A stretch of 61,729 nucleotides of DNA, filler included, from Dirinaria sp. TL-2023a (Eukaryota), in assembly GCA_051941275.1 (NCBI GenBank). It is 6 parts of 6 records of this genome, joined end to end, with 100 filler letters (N's around TTAATTAATTAA, not from the genome) between each part and the next. Parts side by side here need not be neighbours in the genome. Positions count along the whole stretch, not along the records: positions 30,958 to 41,153 come from JAVEBF010000967.1; positions 41,254 to 51,441 come from JAVEBF010000968.1; 4 more parts are not named here. The stretch is one strand, 5' to 3'. Below the pieces are notes generated by a model. It did not search any database, had not been told where the DNA came from, and saw only the letters and a list, made by a program, of their open reading frames with translations. The translations under genes were made by a program, and so were the position numbers. Positions 38,610 through 51,541 of this stretch are shown one piece after another (positions within the stretch are counted from its first letter, which is position 1; the number at the start of each line of letters is the position of its first letter).

Positions 38610-39576
38610 CTAGTCATACGTCGCTCGCGCAACCTCGGTTCCCAAATCACTGATATGCGCCTTGATGATAGCGTCCAAGCTCCTCTTCTCGACAATCAGC
38701 CTCCCCATCCCTAACAAATCCTTGACATCTACCTCTCCCTCCTGAAACACCGCGCCATACTCCGCTCTTTCATCCATCGCTCCTTTCCACCTCCTCAACG
38801 GATCCCTCGAAATGATCAAACTCCTCCCATTCTCTCTGGCCCACCCGTTCCTCTTGAAAATCAACGGCACCCACCTCTCATCCACATCCTCCTCTAGATC
38901 TATTATCTTATCCACAATCACCAACTCGCCTCTGCGATAGCGATAACTCAATGCCGTCCGCCAGGCGAGGTCATATATTTTCCTCGGGAGCTTGGAACTG
39001 AGATCTCGGGCATGCTTGCCGAACGCGTGACCGCCGCCTCGAAGCATAGGACTTTTTTTGTCACCGAGCCGAGCCATGCCGGTTCCCTTTTGGGGGCGGA
39101 TCTTGCGATTCGAACCGCGGACCTCCGCACGGTACTTGGCGTGCGCGGTACCCTGCCGTGCGGCATCGCCTTCGAAGACCACGGCGCGGTGCAGGATGTC
39201 TCGCCGGAGAGGGAGATGCAGGTGGGTTGCTGGGTAATTGGCGAAACGGAGGGGCTCCATGAAGGGAAAGGAGTAGACCGTTGTAAGTACTTCGGCGGCT
39301 GGGGGAGGGGGGCGGCGCACGGGGATCGAGGATGTCAGGGCAGGGTGTAGTTGCGATAGATCCGTGATGATCGACGAAGATGAGGGCAAAGGGGCTTCGG
39401 TGGCCATTGAGCGGGTGAGACGCGGTGCGAGACATTGCTGGCGCAGCTTTAGCACTGGACCATCTGAACGGTGAGTCTGTAGATGTGCATACCATCAAAG
39501 GATCCCTTGTGAGGAAGGTACTACCAATGGTCCTGCGAAGGCTCTGAGCGGAGCTCCGAAGCGTTGAGCCCGCCAT
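38610..39576 (-). CDS. YML6: Mitochondrial ribosomal protein uL4m (Yml6-like); first exon and intron approximate
   Basis: RRDILHRAVVFEGDAARQGTAHAKYRAEVRGSNRKIRPQKGTGMARLGDKKSPMLRGGG is the L4 signature. The ATG at 39576 gives a presequence-like MAGSTLRSSAQSLRR. Confidence 0.9.
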
Positions 39577-39839
39577 TCTGGGGCGCAATCAAAACACCCA
39601 GAGAATGAGTGGTTTTGCGGAGACTGGAAGTTGCCTACATATATTATGTACAAATACTGCACGAGAAAGGCTTGCGGCCGCCCAAGTCGCCTAAAGGGGA
39701 GCGCTACGCCGCCGAGACCGCGCTCGCTAAAAGCGGCAGTTTCGGGGCGAGCACCCGTTGGATACAATAATGAGAATACTGGTAAACTCTCCTCGGAGGT
39801 TTGCTGAACCAAGCTCTACACGAAGTGAGCTCAATCGTG

Positions 39840-41153
39840 ATGGCCTTTCCAGTCTACATGATACGCCCAGCAGCAAGATGTCTGAGACGTCCTAGAGCAC
39901 CTGATACCTGTATACTTTTCAATCGCACTCTCTCCTATACCTATCCTCGCCATGAAGAAGTCTCTATCGAACCCACAACCCCTGCTACTTCACCAGAGCC
40001 TCCTCCCACGCTCGACCCGAACACCATCCATACCCGCAGAGAAGAACGCCTGCTCGCCGCCGAGGGCCGCATGCCCATTGGTTCTCGTCGTCGCCGCGCG
40101 GCCGTCGCTACTACCAGCCAAATCCCCTTCGAGCAACTGCCCTACCAATGTTTCCAAGAAGCGCGCAAGATCCTCGCTGCAGACCGTGAGATCAAGCTGG
40201 AGCAGATCGCAGAACAGAGGAAACGGATCGCCAAGGTCGAAGCTACCGATGTGTCGAAATTGGGCGGGGAGGTTGCGAAGAAGGGCAGGCTGGTTGCGAT
40301 GCGCAAGTATTTGGAGGAGCTGAAGATCTTGGCGGATATCAATGATCCGCTGATCAAGAAGCGGTTCGAGGATGGGATGGGTATGCTCCTCATCTATCAT
40401 AAAAAAAAATTCGTAGCTGCAATGGTATGACCAAAGAGGATGTTCTGATGCAAACGGACAGGTGACATGAACCGCCCTATATACCGCCACCTCGCAGACA
40501 AGCAATGGCGAGCCTACAGACGCAAAGTGCAGCTGCAACGCATCACGCAAATGAACATCGTCCCGGACATCCTGCCGCACCTCGACATGACGGCCGAAGT
40601 CACCGTCGCATTCGAGCGACGCGAGATCGCGCCCGGCGCCATCGTCGACTCCCGACTCAGCCGAAAGCCCGCCGAGCTGCGCGTGCAAGTCTTCGACAAG
40701 GGCACCAGGCTGGTGAGCATCGCGGTCGTGGACCCGGACGTCCCCAACACCGCCACCGACGGCTTCGACTACTGCTGCCATTTCCTCGCGGTCAACATCC
40801 CCCTCTCCCCCGCCCATCCTTCCCTGCCCCTCAAAAAACTCACCAGGAACCAATCCTCCCGCCTCGTGCTCCCCTGGCTCCCACCCTTTGCGCAAAAAGG
40901 TTCGCCCTACCATCGCCTCGCGGTATTCGTCCTGCAACAGCAGCAGCACCACCACCATCAAGAAGAGCAGGAACTGGACGCGGAAGCGATCAGGAACAAA
41001 GTGCCGAGGGACGGCTTCAAACTCCGGAGTTTCATGGACCAGTTCCAGGTTTCGCCCATCGGGGCCGCCTTGTTCAGGACGGTGTGGGATGAAAACACGT
41101 CCGGGGTGATGACGCGCGCGGGGATCGAGGGCGCGAATGTGGAGTTGAGGAGG
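39840..41153 (+). CDS. MRPL35: Mitochondrial ribosomal protein mL38 (PEBP domain); 3' end cut by contig end
   Basis: [61 protein letters not shown] and FRTVWDE. Confidence 0.92.
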
Positions 41154-41253
41154 NNNNNNNNNNNNNNNNNNNNNNNNNNNNNNNNNNNNNNNNNNNNTTA
41201 ATTAATTAANNNNNNNNNNNNNNNNNNNNNNNNNNNNNNNNNNNNNNNNNNNN
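41154..41253. other. Artificial contig-joining linker
   Basis: N44-TTAATTAATTAA-N44. Confidence 0.98.
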
Positions 41254-41541
41254 GAGTGGAATGGGGAATTAAGCAAAGGGAAAAAGGGGAGGGGAAAAAA
41301 AAGAGAAGTTAAGAATAGTCTTGATAGATCACTGCCCCAAACGAACAGTGTTGATGTGAGCGGCACCGAGCGGGGTTTTAGCATGAAAAGAAACAAAGGG
41401 TGTTGAATACCTATTATTGAAAGGCGGGGAGGGGGATCTGGGCAATTGTAAGCAAGGGGCCGCGGGTTTCGGAAAGCGGTGTCCTAAGGTACTGGGCTGT
41501 GCGTGTGTTTGGTAATGATTCCATCAGCAATCGGAAATCCA

Positions 41542-41571
41542 CAGCAAGTCAGCAAGTCAGCAAGTCAGCAA
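41542..41571. repeat. (CAGCAAGT) about 3.7 copies, short tandem repeat
   Basis: Read directly from the sequence. Confidence 0.9.
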
Positions 41572-42079
41572 CCCCCCCAACCTGCAGATTCGGCAATTTA
41601 GTGTGCACATGCCGCAATACTAAGGTACTTGTACCTTACTGTAAGATAGGTGAAGGTACCTAAGGTAAGGTAGCTGGCGAGGCTGAGTACGGAGAGACCG
41701 CCATAACACACCCACTCTCGTGTGAATGATGACAAACCTCACAGTAGTTACCTCGTACTTGAAAATTCATCCTACCGCGTGAATCGCTAATCAAACTTTA
41801 CACGAGGGAACGTACCTTACCTATGCTTAAGGCAACTAAAGCCCATGATCCAAAATTCTAACGCTTTCAGGCCATCCCAGACGCTTTCTCATTGGTTACT
41901 TGGGACTTGTGCGCCTGAATGGATTCGCACATCCGAGGGTTGGTGGTGGTGGTGGTGGTGGTGGCCCATCCGGTATAGCGTTTGCTTGCTCGGATAAGGG
42001 ACGCTACGATGTCATTTGTGAGTACTGTAGAGTAATGTAGGTAGCCAAGGTAAGGTAGTCAAGCGCCAGTCGAACGGCG

Positions 42080-45000
42080 TCACAAGTCAGCCTCAATCTC
42101 GACCTGCTGCTGGAGACCTGTAGGGAGATTAGCGCCATCTGTGCCTTCGCTTTGACTTCACCAATCGTCTGGGCTTTCCCAAGTCATCACCTACCCCACA
42201 AGCGACTGGCTGCTCCAACGATGATCTCGGCTTTGAGCATCACCTTTTGGCGGAATTCGGCCTCGTCGTCTCCATAGATGCGACTTTTGCGAGGCTGAGC
42301 CTGTCAGATGGTCAATGGCAAGCTATGCCTTCGCGCCCGGATTCACGTACCAAGAGCAGCACGGGGACGAGGTCCTTTGGGTCTGACTCGGCTACAGCCA
42401 TGAGACTCTTGAAGCCATTCTCCCACAGGAGTCGTGCCGTCAGGCTTTTTACAAACGGTATCTTGGCAAGGTCTAGCAAGTCCGCTCTTGCGCCAGCCTT
42501 AAGACGGTCACTCATATGTTCAAAGACGCTCTTGAGCATCCCCCAGCCCATTCGGTCGCAAAATTGGATGGTGCCGGCAGCGAAACCTTCACACGTTTGC
42601 GCCAAATTCTGGACGAATCCCCGTGTAGTGTCATATTTGCTTGCCACCTTGTGGACCGGTATCTCGTTGCATAGATCACGCAAGTGAAACGCAGCATAGC
42701 AGCGACGATAGATTCTGGCGATCCTTGTCTCCTCCGGAGTATTCTCGGGGAGCGAGCGTCCACTATTTGCCCTAATGCTTTGTTAGCTTCAGTAAAAATG
42801 TCGGAGTGTCGTTTCTACAATCGATGAACCAGAGCTGGGTTGACGCCAATGAATCCCAGCACCCGCAGGCCGCTTTCATCAAGGCATTCCATTTCATCAC
42901 GAAATTTTTGCCAATCGAGATCTGCCAGCCCCTGCAACTGCACTGGCGTGAACAGGTAGAAAATATGCATCTCTCCGTCCATGACAAAGGCACGCAAGGC
43001 CTGTTGCAGCTCGTTGTGTACTATTACTCCATCTTCTGGGGTCAGAAAAGCCCCGACGGTGGCCTGGCTAAGCCGAGTCGCAGCGTAAGAACCAAACCTG
43101 TCAATTGACAGAAAGTCTTCAGAGACAAGCTCCTGAGTGCATCTTTTCACCATCTCGTCCAATTCAGTCGGGTCCATGGTGTGGGACAGCAACGTCCGCT
43201 GAACGTACTCCCGGACAGCATCCTCGTGGTTGGCTAGTCGAATGGTGATCACTTCTACTAACGCCCTTTTCAGAATCAGCGGAAGCCGACACGTAACAGC
43301 GCAGGATCACCTTTTGATCCCTCTTTTCTCGGGCGTCAAGCTACTCTCGACCTTTGGTAGAGCTGTCTCAAGTAGTTCTGCTACTTTCTCGGCGTCTTTC
43401 TCGTTGCAGCAAAGATAAGTTTCGCCAACCTCGTCTTTGCCCTTACGTCCAGCTCGACCTCGCATTTGTCGCCTATGCTTCCGTCAGTCCGTGAAATTAT
43501 TGATGAGCAAGGACTTTAGCGCACAGCATTGCTGGACCGATAGGATCTTTGCCCATGTAGGCCTCTTGGACTATGACACGCCTCGCGGGAAGGTTGATGC
43601 CTGCTGCAAGGCTGCAGGTCGCAACGATGACCTTCAGAATGCCTTTGTCATAAGCTTCAGCTACAATACAACGTTCCTCCACGGTCATGCCCGCGTCTGG
43701 AGGAGTTTTAGTGAGCGTATGAATCTTTACTAGGTTGACTCACGATGGAACGCCACGCCCTTCATTACGGTCTTTGCTAGAATGTCATCGACGCCAACGG
43801 CTAAATTCCGAAGTTCACTTATTATCTCCTTCCTTCTTTCCATCAATTCACCTGACACAAGCTTTTCACCTGGCATTGCCCTGCTTACCAAGAGCGCAGT
43901 CATTTGAGAACGTTGACGACTTCGGCAGAAGACAAGTGCACCGTAGCCAGGGCCAGCAGTCTCGACAGCCAAGGCAACAACGGCGTTAACGACATCGTCT
44001 GCTAGTTCCTTGAATTTCGACTTGTTGACTGTCCTGAGAGGTGGCATCGATGATGCGTCAATCGACTTTCGTTCATCCGCTAAGTCCAGAAATTTACTTG
44101 AGGTTGACGCGAGATAGACCCGACTACCGACTACCAGATATTCATCGATGGGCACTGGCTTGTACTTGGAGATATAATGTTTTGCATTAAGCCATTTGCT
44201 TATCAAATCAGTGTTCTTGGTTAGTCGGTTAGCGTCCATGCTGCAGGAGCTCTCAAACGTACCGATAATGTCGCGCTCATGCCGATTATCTGTACTTTGC
44301 TTTGCAGGCTTAGCAGCTTTGTTGCTAGAAGCTCCATCAGATACCCGCGATGACTATCGTCAATCATATGCAGCTCGTCCAGGACAACGACTGCAAGGTC
44401 ATCTATAACACACTGCTCAATAGCTTGATTGACTAGATTGTTCGCCTGTGAAGCCGTTAGTGTTTAGAAACTTGGTGGCCGATGCTTTGAATTGGACCTT
44501 CTCAAAAGTACAGACAGCGACGTCAAAATCGTTCCAGCTTGCGCGACGGAAAGCTTTGCTGCCACCGAAAAAACCCACAAGACGTACAGAGTCCACATGC
44601 TCTGACTTGCGCCGTCTGCCCTCTCCGGTGTCGGCTGAGCTCAAAGCTTCAACGCCTGCTGTCTTGGATATGCCTTCGACAGCCCTACGGAGCCATTTTA
44701 ACTTTTCTTGCACTAGAGCAACGTATGGAAGGACCAAGAGTGCCTTCTTTGTGGGCTTCTCAAGTATTTGTTTCAGCATGAGCACATCCGCAACCAGCGA
44801 CTTACCACCTCCCGTCGGTGCGCTATATACAAGGTTTTGCTCACCGGTAAGAAGGCCTCGACCAAGCAAACATGAGGACTGCCAAGGGTAGATGCTGTTG
44901 ATACCCATCGAAGCCAAATTCTTCACCAGGGGCTCCGGCAGGCCATACCGGGGGTGAGAAAGAGACAGCAAAGGATTCAGGGAAGGGCTTGAAGTTGATG

Positions 45001-45271
45001 CCGCAGCTCGACGTTGGGAGTACTCCGAGATCAGGGGGGTTTGTGTGCCTGTAGTTGCCGTACTATAGATTGCGCTTGCTTCAATATGGTCATCTTCATC
45101 CAGTCCGAGGCGTGGACGCTTGGTTTCTGGTGGCACTGATAGTTTAATAGCGGATTCTGTCGGCACAACGCCTCGGATACGAGGCACGAGGGTGACTGCG
45201 GCTTGTGGGATCCCTGACTTTACCAGGTCAATGGATGTGGGAGCGCCATAGTCAGTATAGTGTTGAGACAT
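42080..45271 (-). CDS. HELQ/Hel308/Pol-theta-helicase-like Ski2-family DNA helicase (no polymerase domain)
   Basis: Motifs YPWQSSCL, YSAPTGGGKS, VLDELHMI, GMSATL, GVAFH, VATCSLAAGINLPARRV, QMRGRAGRKG, RGFVQNLAQTC and RLKAGARADLLDL. Multi-exon; stop at 42080-42082. Confidence 0.9.
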
Positions 45272-46534
45272 GATTATTAAGCAAGCTACAGCAACAGGAA
45301 TTGATGAACGAGTTCACAAAGTCTGAAAGCATGAGTTAGAGAGGGGAAGTCATGGTTGAGAGAAGCAAAGGAAACGATGAATGATGATCTCTCGTAATAT
45401 GGAGAAGTAATGTTCAGCAACACGTTATGGTTATGGGGCGGCGTCAACACAACATATCCGAGGCTAATACCTCTTTGGGACTAGTGGATGTTCGAACGAC
45501 AAGCGTCTCCTAGAGTACAGTAATAATAATGAGATGGCTCCTGGACAAGAAAATCGTGCCGGCGGGCTTCAATTACAGATCCGGTCATTCATTCAAGTCG
45601 CTCTGCGATCGAGACCCACCAAGTCGCCATCTTCCAACGGAGTTCGCCCCAGAAAGTCAGGGATCACTGCATTGCGGTCCATGCTGAGATTGTCGAGGTT
45701 GCCGGTGAAGTGCCCATCGAGATAAGGCGAATCTTGCGGCAGTACGAACGCATCAAGTGGCTTTTCCTGACCAATTTGATTCCCTCTGAAAGATGTCTGC
45801 AGTGCTCTAATTGTATAAGGCGTAAAGTGGAACATGTGGTCAGAATATAAGTATGTACGGGGTGTGATTGGCGTGGAATGAAGTGCAAATATAGTAGATG
45901 ATTTTATTAGTGAGGGACGTTTTGCCCGCAGCGCCGCAGATCGATATCGAGCACTTGGCGGGTGTGCCTTAGCGGATAGTCCGCTGATGGTGATACTTAC
46001 CTAGATACCTTACCTTACCTTACTTCCCATGGATCCCCATCCACCCATTCCTCTCCAACGCATAACCTCCTTCGCCTGCCCAATTCTTCTTTGTGCTTCT
46101 TCCTGCCTGACACCTCCCCCCGCCGTGAATTCTCACCCTATCATTTCGTACCCCGTCTTCCATCGCTCGTCACACCGATCTCCCTTATGAGATTTCATCG
46201 AGTACCCATATGCAATTCTTGAACTTGTTCGGCAACTGGACCCGATCCTTTCGCATTCTTTGGTGACACCGCGAACACAGCTGTCCTCTTGCGGTCATTG
46301 CACCGCCTAGCCGTTACGGCCAGGTTATTTTGGCCTTGTGTCTCAGAAGCGCTGCCTTAGGTGTGGTGTTGGGATTTGCAGGCTTCGGGATAGCCGCTAG
46401 CTTCAGTCGCCTCGTCCTTACATTCCTTGGGTCGGCTTCAATGAGGCACCCAGGCGCTGGAATACCACAATTGCTTTCCGCAAACCGTTATACTGGATGA
46501 GGCGACCAATCTTGCCAGTAAGGCAGTAGGTAAG

Positions 46535-49500
46535 ATGGCGGATGAAACAGAGAGTGGCCCACCTGCAAGTTCCCAGTCCATAGCGCAGGGTACAGGTCAC
46601 TCCGCAGCTCCATCACCTACCCGGGGTCACAATGAAAATAATGTATCAGTCGTCCCACCCAACGCGCTCCCCCCACAGCCTCAGCCCGATCCAACGTCAT
46701 CTACCCAACCTACCCTTCAAGCCACACACCCAGAGTCGCGACTTGTGAACAACTCCTCGTCCGCTCCCTCCGTCGCCGCAGGACAAGCTGCAAATGCCAT
46801 GGATTCAAGCGGTCCGTCTCCCTACGGCACCAGGTCAAGACATCGGACTGGGAACTCAAGGCCGAATTACGCAGAGGATCGCGACATAGATGGAGAGTAC
46901 GAATGGCCTACCACAAAGAAATCTCAAGCTCCTCCAGCGTCCACGCCTTCGAGCCAGTCCCAAACGGTCGATAGCGACAAATCGTCAGGCATCAACACCC
47001 GCCGTTCGTCCACAACGGCTTCGGCAGCGCCAGGAAGCAAGCAAGTGACATCGACCTCGAAAGATCAGATACCGGGAATGTCGAGCTTCTCGCTTGGTGG
47101 GGAGAACCCGACCTCGGCTCCACCACCGACAAGGAAGCGCAAGGCTCCTGGCAGCAACGCCGCTCCCAACACCTCAGCAGGCACCGAGTATATACCTGCG
47201 CATGGCAATACTCGAAAGCTGGTTGTTGCCTCAGCGAGCCATTCTCGAGAAACAAACATGATGAGTTTTGAAGGCTCAGGAGCGTATCTCAGAGATGGCA
47301 AACTTGAAGCGGACGATGGAACCATACTGGCAGTCGATGGTATATACTCTCGCTACCACAAATTTCGTTCTATTTGGCTATTCATTTCATCGTACACTGC
47401 CGCTAACTCGTGTATAGATAATGTCTACCTGGTATGCGAGCCTCCTGGTGATCCCTACTACCTTGCTCGTATAATGGAGTTTGTTCACACGAAGAACGAT
47501 CCAAACCTACCCATAGACTCCCTCAAAGTCAACTGGTACTATCGACCAAGGGACTGCAACCGGAAGGTCAACGACACTCGGCAGGTCTTCGCAACCATGC
47601 ATTCCGATGTCTGCCCCCTCACATCTGTTCGAGGAACGTGCCAGATATCTCACCGCGATAGTATAACGGACCTCGATGAGTATAGAAAGACAAGAGATAA
47701 CTTCTGGTACGAGAAGATGTTTGATCGATACATTCATCGATATTACGAAATCATACCTACCGACCAGGTAATCAACGTGCCGGCGCGTGTCAAAAAAGTC
47801 CTTGACGAGCGGTGGAAATTTGTAGTCGTCGAACTTGGACGGGGTAAGGAATTGACGAGTGCTATCAAAACATGCAAACGGTGTAGCGGATATTGTGCCA
47901 GGTAGGACATAATTCCACGCGTGCACACATTGTGACTTACAATTCGATACAGCAATGATTCCGTCGACTGCGCGATGTGCAAGAACACTTACCATATGAG
48001 TTGTGTGCAGCCCCCCCTTCAAAAGAAGCCATCCCGAGGTTTCGGCTGGTCTTGTGGTCCGTGTAGTCGGAAGCAGGAGCGAAAACTCGAGGCTCGAAAC
48101 ACTCCACTCGTAGGAGACAGAGCTCGTGAAGCCGAAGAAGAAGAATTGCTTGAAGAAGAGGAAGAAGAGCCCAACACGTCCGCAGACCTAGGTAACGGAA
48201 GCACACAGAAAGATAAGGACCCACAGAGCGCAGGCCCCAAACCAGCCACAGCAGATCAGATCGCTCAGGCTAAGATGTGGCCCTACAGATATTTTGGGAT
48301 CCATTGTCGCGTAGAAGATGCTCTTGATTTTGATGATCGAATATATCCACGCGCAAGTTCTCGTTTAGGGCCAAAGCATCAAGCGAACGTGCATGTCTGG
48401 CATGGCCAACCTGTCAAACTTGTTAAACCAGCTGAAAGCAGGCGAAAAAACCTCAAAGGCGGTAATCACAAGAAAGATTCAAAATTTACGAAGGAAGCTG
48501 TTGCAGAAGTTGAAATCAACAAAACAACCAAAGAAAAGCGGGCAAAATGGGTTATGGAAGAGCCGGCCGGCTATGTTGCAAGAGGCGAAGATCATTCAAA
48601 CAATGATCCTGCTAATACTGCGAAACTCATGTTTAGGATGCCGCAAGTGGGTGAATCTTCTTCAAGAGGGCTTGACGATCATCCAGGTGCAGACCTTGAT
48701 CTGGAACACCGCCAAAAGATCATCGAAGATTACATGGAAAACGCTAAAGAGAATGTGGCAGCAATCATAGGAGTCTCAAAATTTTCCGCGAATTTTCTTG
48801 ACAAAGCCTTGGAACTGCTTGTTGCAAATAATTATGCTGCAGAGCCGGCACTGGAGCAACTGAAGACGATGAATCGAAGAAGGGATATCAAAGATCCTGA
48901 ATTCAGCCCTGAGGAGATTAAGAAATTTGGAGAAGGTGTCAAGAAATACGGGTCGGAACATCGCTTCATATTCAAACACGTCGGTAAATCGCACAAACTT
49001 GGTGAGATAATCAGATTCTATTACATGTGGAAAAAATCACCTGCCGGACAAGCGATTTGGAACAATCTCGAGTCAAGAAAAAGCAAGAAATCAGCAAAAC
49101 AAGTCGATGCCAAGCTTGTCGACGATGTTGCGGATGATGTTGATGATTCAGCTTTCGACAATGCCAAAGCGTCGGCCCGCAAGAGAGGCTTCCAATGCAA
49201 ATTTTGCGATACAAGACAATCCCCGCAGTGGAGACGAGCGCCAAATACTGCTCCGGGGACCACTGTGCCCATCGACCTGGCTAGCAAGAACAGTAAGGAC
49301 AAGAGTGCACATCTCATGGTCGCACTCTGCCAACGTTGTGCTGGCCTTTGGCGAAGGTATGGAATCGAATGGGAGAACGTCGATGAGGTGGCCAAAAAAT
49401 TGGCAAGCGGAGGAGGGCGCTCATGGAAGCGTAAGATCGACGAAGAACTTCTCGGAGAATTTTTGAAGGCGAATGAAGTCAGCTCGATCGGGATAAGTAG

Positions 49501-51441
49501 TCAAACTGCGGCTACTGCTTCTTCCGTGGGGGTTGAAGTGCCTTCTGGACTGACCATTCAACCGGCTCAGGACGGACCTAGGAAAAAGCAGAAGACCGTA
49601 CCCGAGACTCAAAATGTTCAGAATGCCGTTTACACAGAACCTCCTAAGAAGAAAGTGGTCGAGAAGCCCCCAGAACCACCATTGGTTCCGGAAGCGCCGA
49701 GAATCCGGGTCTTGCCATGCGCAGTCTGCGACGAGATGGAACCGCTGGGCAATCAACATCTTTGCTGCCGACATTGCAGACTTACTGTGCACAGGAACTG
49801 TTACGGTGTTCCCGAAGGACGCTCGGAGAACAAGTGGACTTGCGATATGTGCGCCAATGATTCCTCAAGTCAGATATCCACCTCCTATGAATGCATATTG
49901 TGTCCGATCAGACCTATAGAGCAGGAGCTGATGGAACCTCCAAGAGTCTCGCACAAGAAAAAGGGTGACCGAGAACGAGAAAAGGAAAAATTGGAACGTG
50001 AGTTGGTCCTCGAGAAGACCAACTTATACTATCGCGAACAGGAAGCCAAAGGTCGACCTCTGCACCCAAGAGAGCCCCTAAAAAGGACCTCGGGCAACAA
50101 CTGGGTCCACGTGATCTGCTCCATGTGGGTACCGGAATTGCGATATGGGGACGCAAAGCTTTTAGAGCCGGTGGAAGGAGTCAGCGCAATCCCGCAATCA
50201 AGATACTTACAGACTTGCAAGATATGTAAGCGAAACGATGGAGTCTGTGTTGCTTGCAAGCAGTGCTCCATCACCTACCATGTTTCTTGCGCACAGCGAC
50301 ATGGCCACGTCCTGGGCTTTGACGTGACTCCTGTCAAAGGCTCGAGGAGGGATGCTGTCAGCGTGCTTACTCTGGGGACTGAGACCGGTAATGCGACGCC
50401 GGTCGTATATTGCAAGGAGCATACTATCAAAACAACAGTACATCTTTTGAACGAAGCCATTGAAGGGAGCCCGCTCAACGCCCTGCAGCTATTTGCGCAG
50501 ATGATAAAGCAAGCCGATACTTCGCTGACTGGTACAGTACGCAAAGCCGCCAATATCGTATCATCGTCGAGGGCCATCAATCAAATGGTCAATCCTATTC
50601 CTGGCCATAGGAATTCAAACGCTTCTGCTGCCGCCGCTACCACTAAAGCTGCTCGGGTATCACCGGCGACCATGACAGTCAAATCCGAGGAGGTTGACGA
50701 GGAGGGCGATCGAGTGGTGTATCTAAACGAAGCCCCCCCTCCGGAGCAGCACTCTAAAAGGTGCGCCTCGTGCAACAGTGCTTCTAGCCCGTTGTGGCAC
50801 AAGATCCCGATAAAGGCTTTGAATATGTCTGCTCGACCCCTAGCGCCTTCAGATGATTCTGCACTGTCTCAAGCGCAATCATTTGAACATCCGCCGTTGA
50901 CCAATGGCCATGTTGGGGGCAGACCCAGTGCTGACTCGCCAGATCATTCTCAACCCGATGTACCGAGCCAAGTGACCGACAGAAATTCTCAAGCACCTCA
51001 AGGCATTGACGGAATTGCCGAGACAAATGGCAATGGACATCGGGATAGTCCTGCTGAACTTCCCAGTCATCAGAATCACAGCAGAGAGGGCAGGCGAGCG
51101 TCGAGCCTGGGAATAGAGAGGACTACAGGATTCCATTGTCACAAGTGTCATATCAAGAAACTTCGAAATCCTACACCACCCCCGGCGCCCTTGCCTCAGC
51201 CAGATGACGTCGTATTCGACGCTCGCACTGTTCACGAGAGAGAAGCGGCGTCTTCGCCAAGAAGGCCAGTATGGAACGTTCCTGCGGTCCCTCCTATGCC
51301 ACCTCAAGAGCCATTCAGCTATCCACCTCCATCGGGGCCACAGTCATCATTTCAATCCCGTCTACCGAACGGCGTCCCACATTCGCCCCCTGTAGCGGGT
51401 CCGGCGGTGTTCGAGGCGAGTCGTAGTTGCCACGAGGGCTG
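46535..51441 (+). CDS. SNT2: Snt2 chromatin E3 ligase (BAH, PHD, ELM2, SANT, GATA-like Zn fingers); 3' end cut by contig end
   Basis: BAH (CEPPGDPYYLARIMEF..VNWYYRPRD), PHD (YHMSCVQPPLQKKPSRGFGWSC), ELM2 (RIYPRASSRLGPKHQA), SANT (IIRFYYMWKK), and further PHD/ePHD motifs (VHRNCYG, NWVHVIC). Confidence 0.93.
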
Positions 51442-51541
51442 NNNNNNNNNNNNNNNNNNNNNNNNNNNNNNNNNNNNNNNNNNNNTTAATTAATTAANNN
51501 NNNNNNNNNNNNNNNNNNNNNNNNNNNNNNNNNNNNNNNNN
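51442..51541. other. Artificial contig-joining linker
   Basis: N44-TTAATTAATTAA-N44. Confidence 0.98.

Noticed and set aside
39650..39770. Hammerhead ribozyme on the minus strand (stem-GAAA-CTGC...GCAG-TA)
   Set aside because: The required CTGANGA core is absent before stem II.
45593..45835. 80-aa minus-strand ORF between the HELQ-like gene and SNT2
   Set aside because: No recognisable homology or clear gene structure.
45993..46002. ATACTTACCT matching the U1 snRNA 5' end
   Set aside because: No U1 stem-loop I (GATCA loop) or Sm site follows. It is part of a TACCT-rich cluster.
1..51441. Apparent DNA-repair cluster (SSL1, RAD54, HELQ-like, SNT2)
   Set aside because: The genes lie on different contigs joined by artificial linkers. 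Only HELQ-like and SNT2 are truly adjacent.
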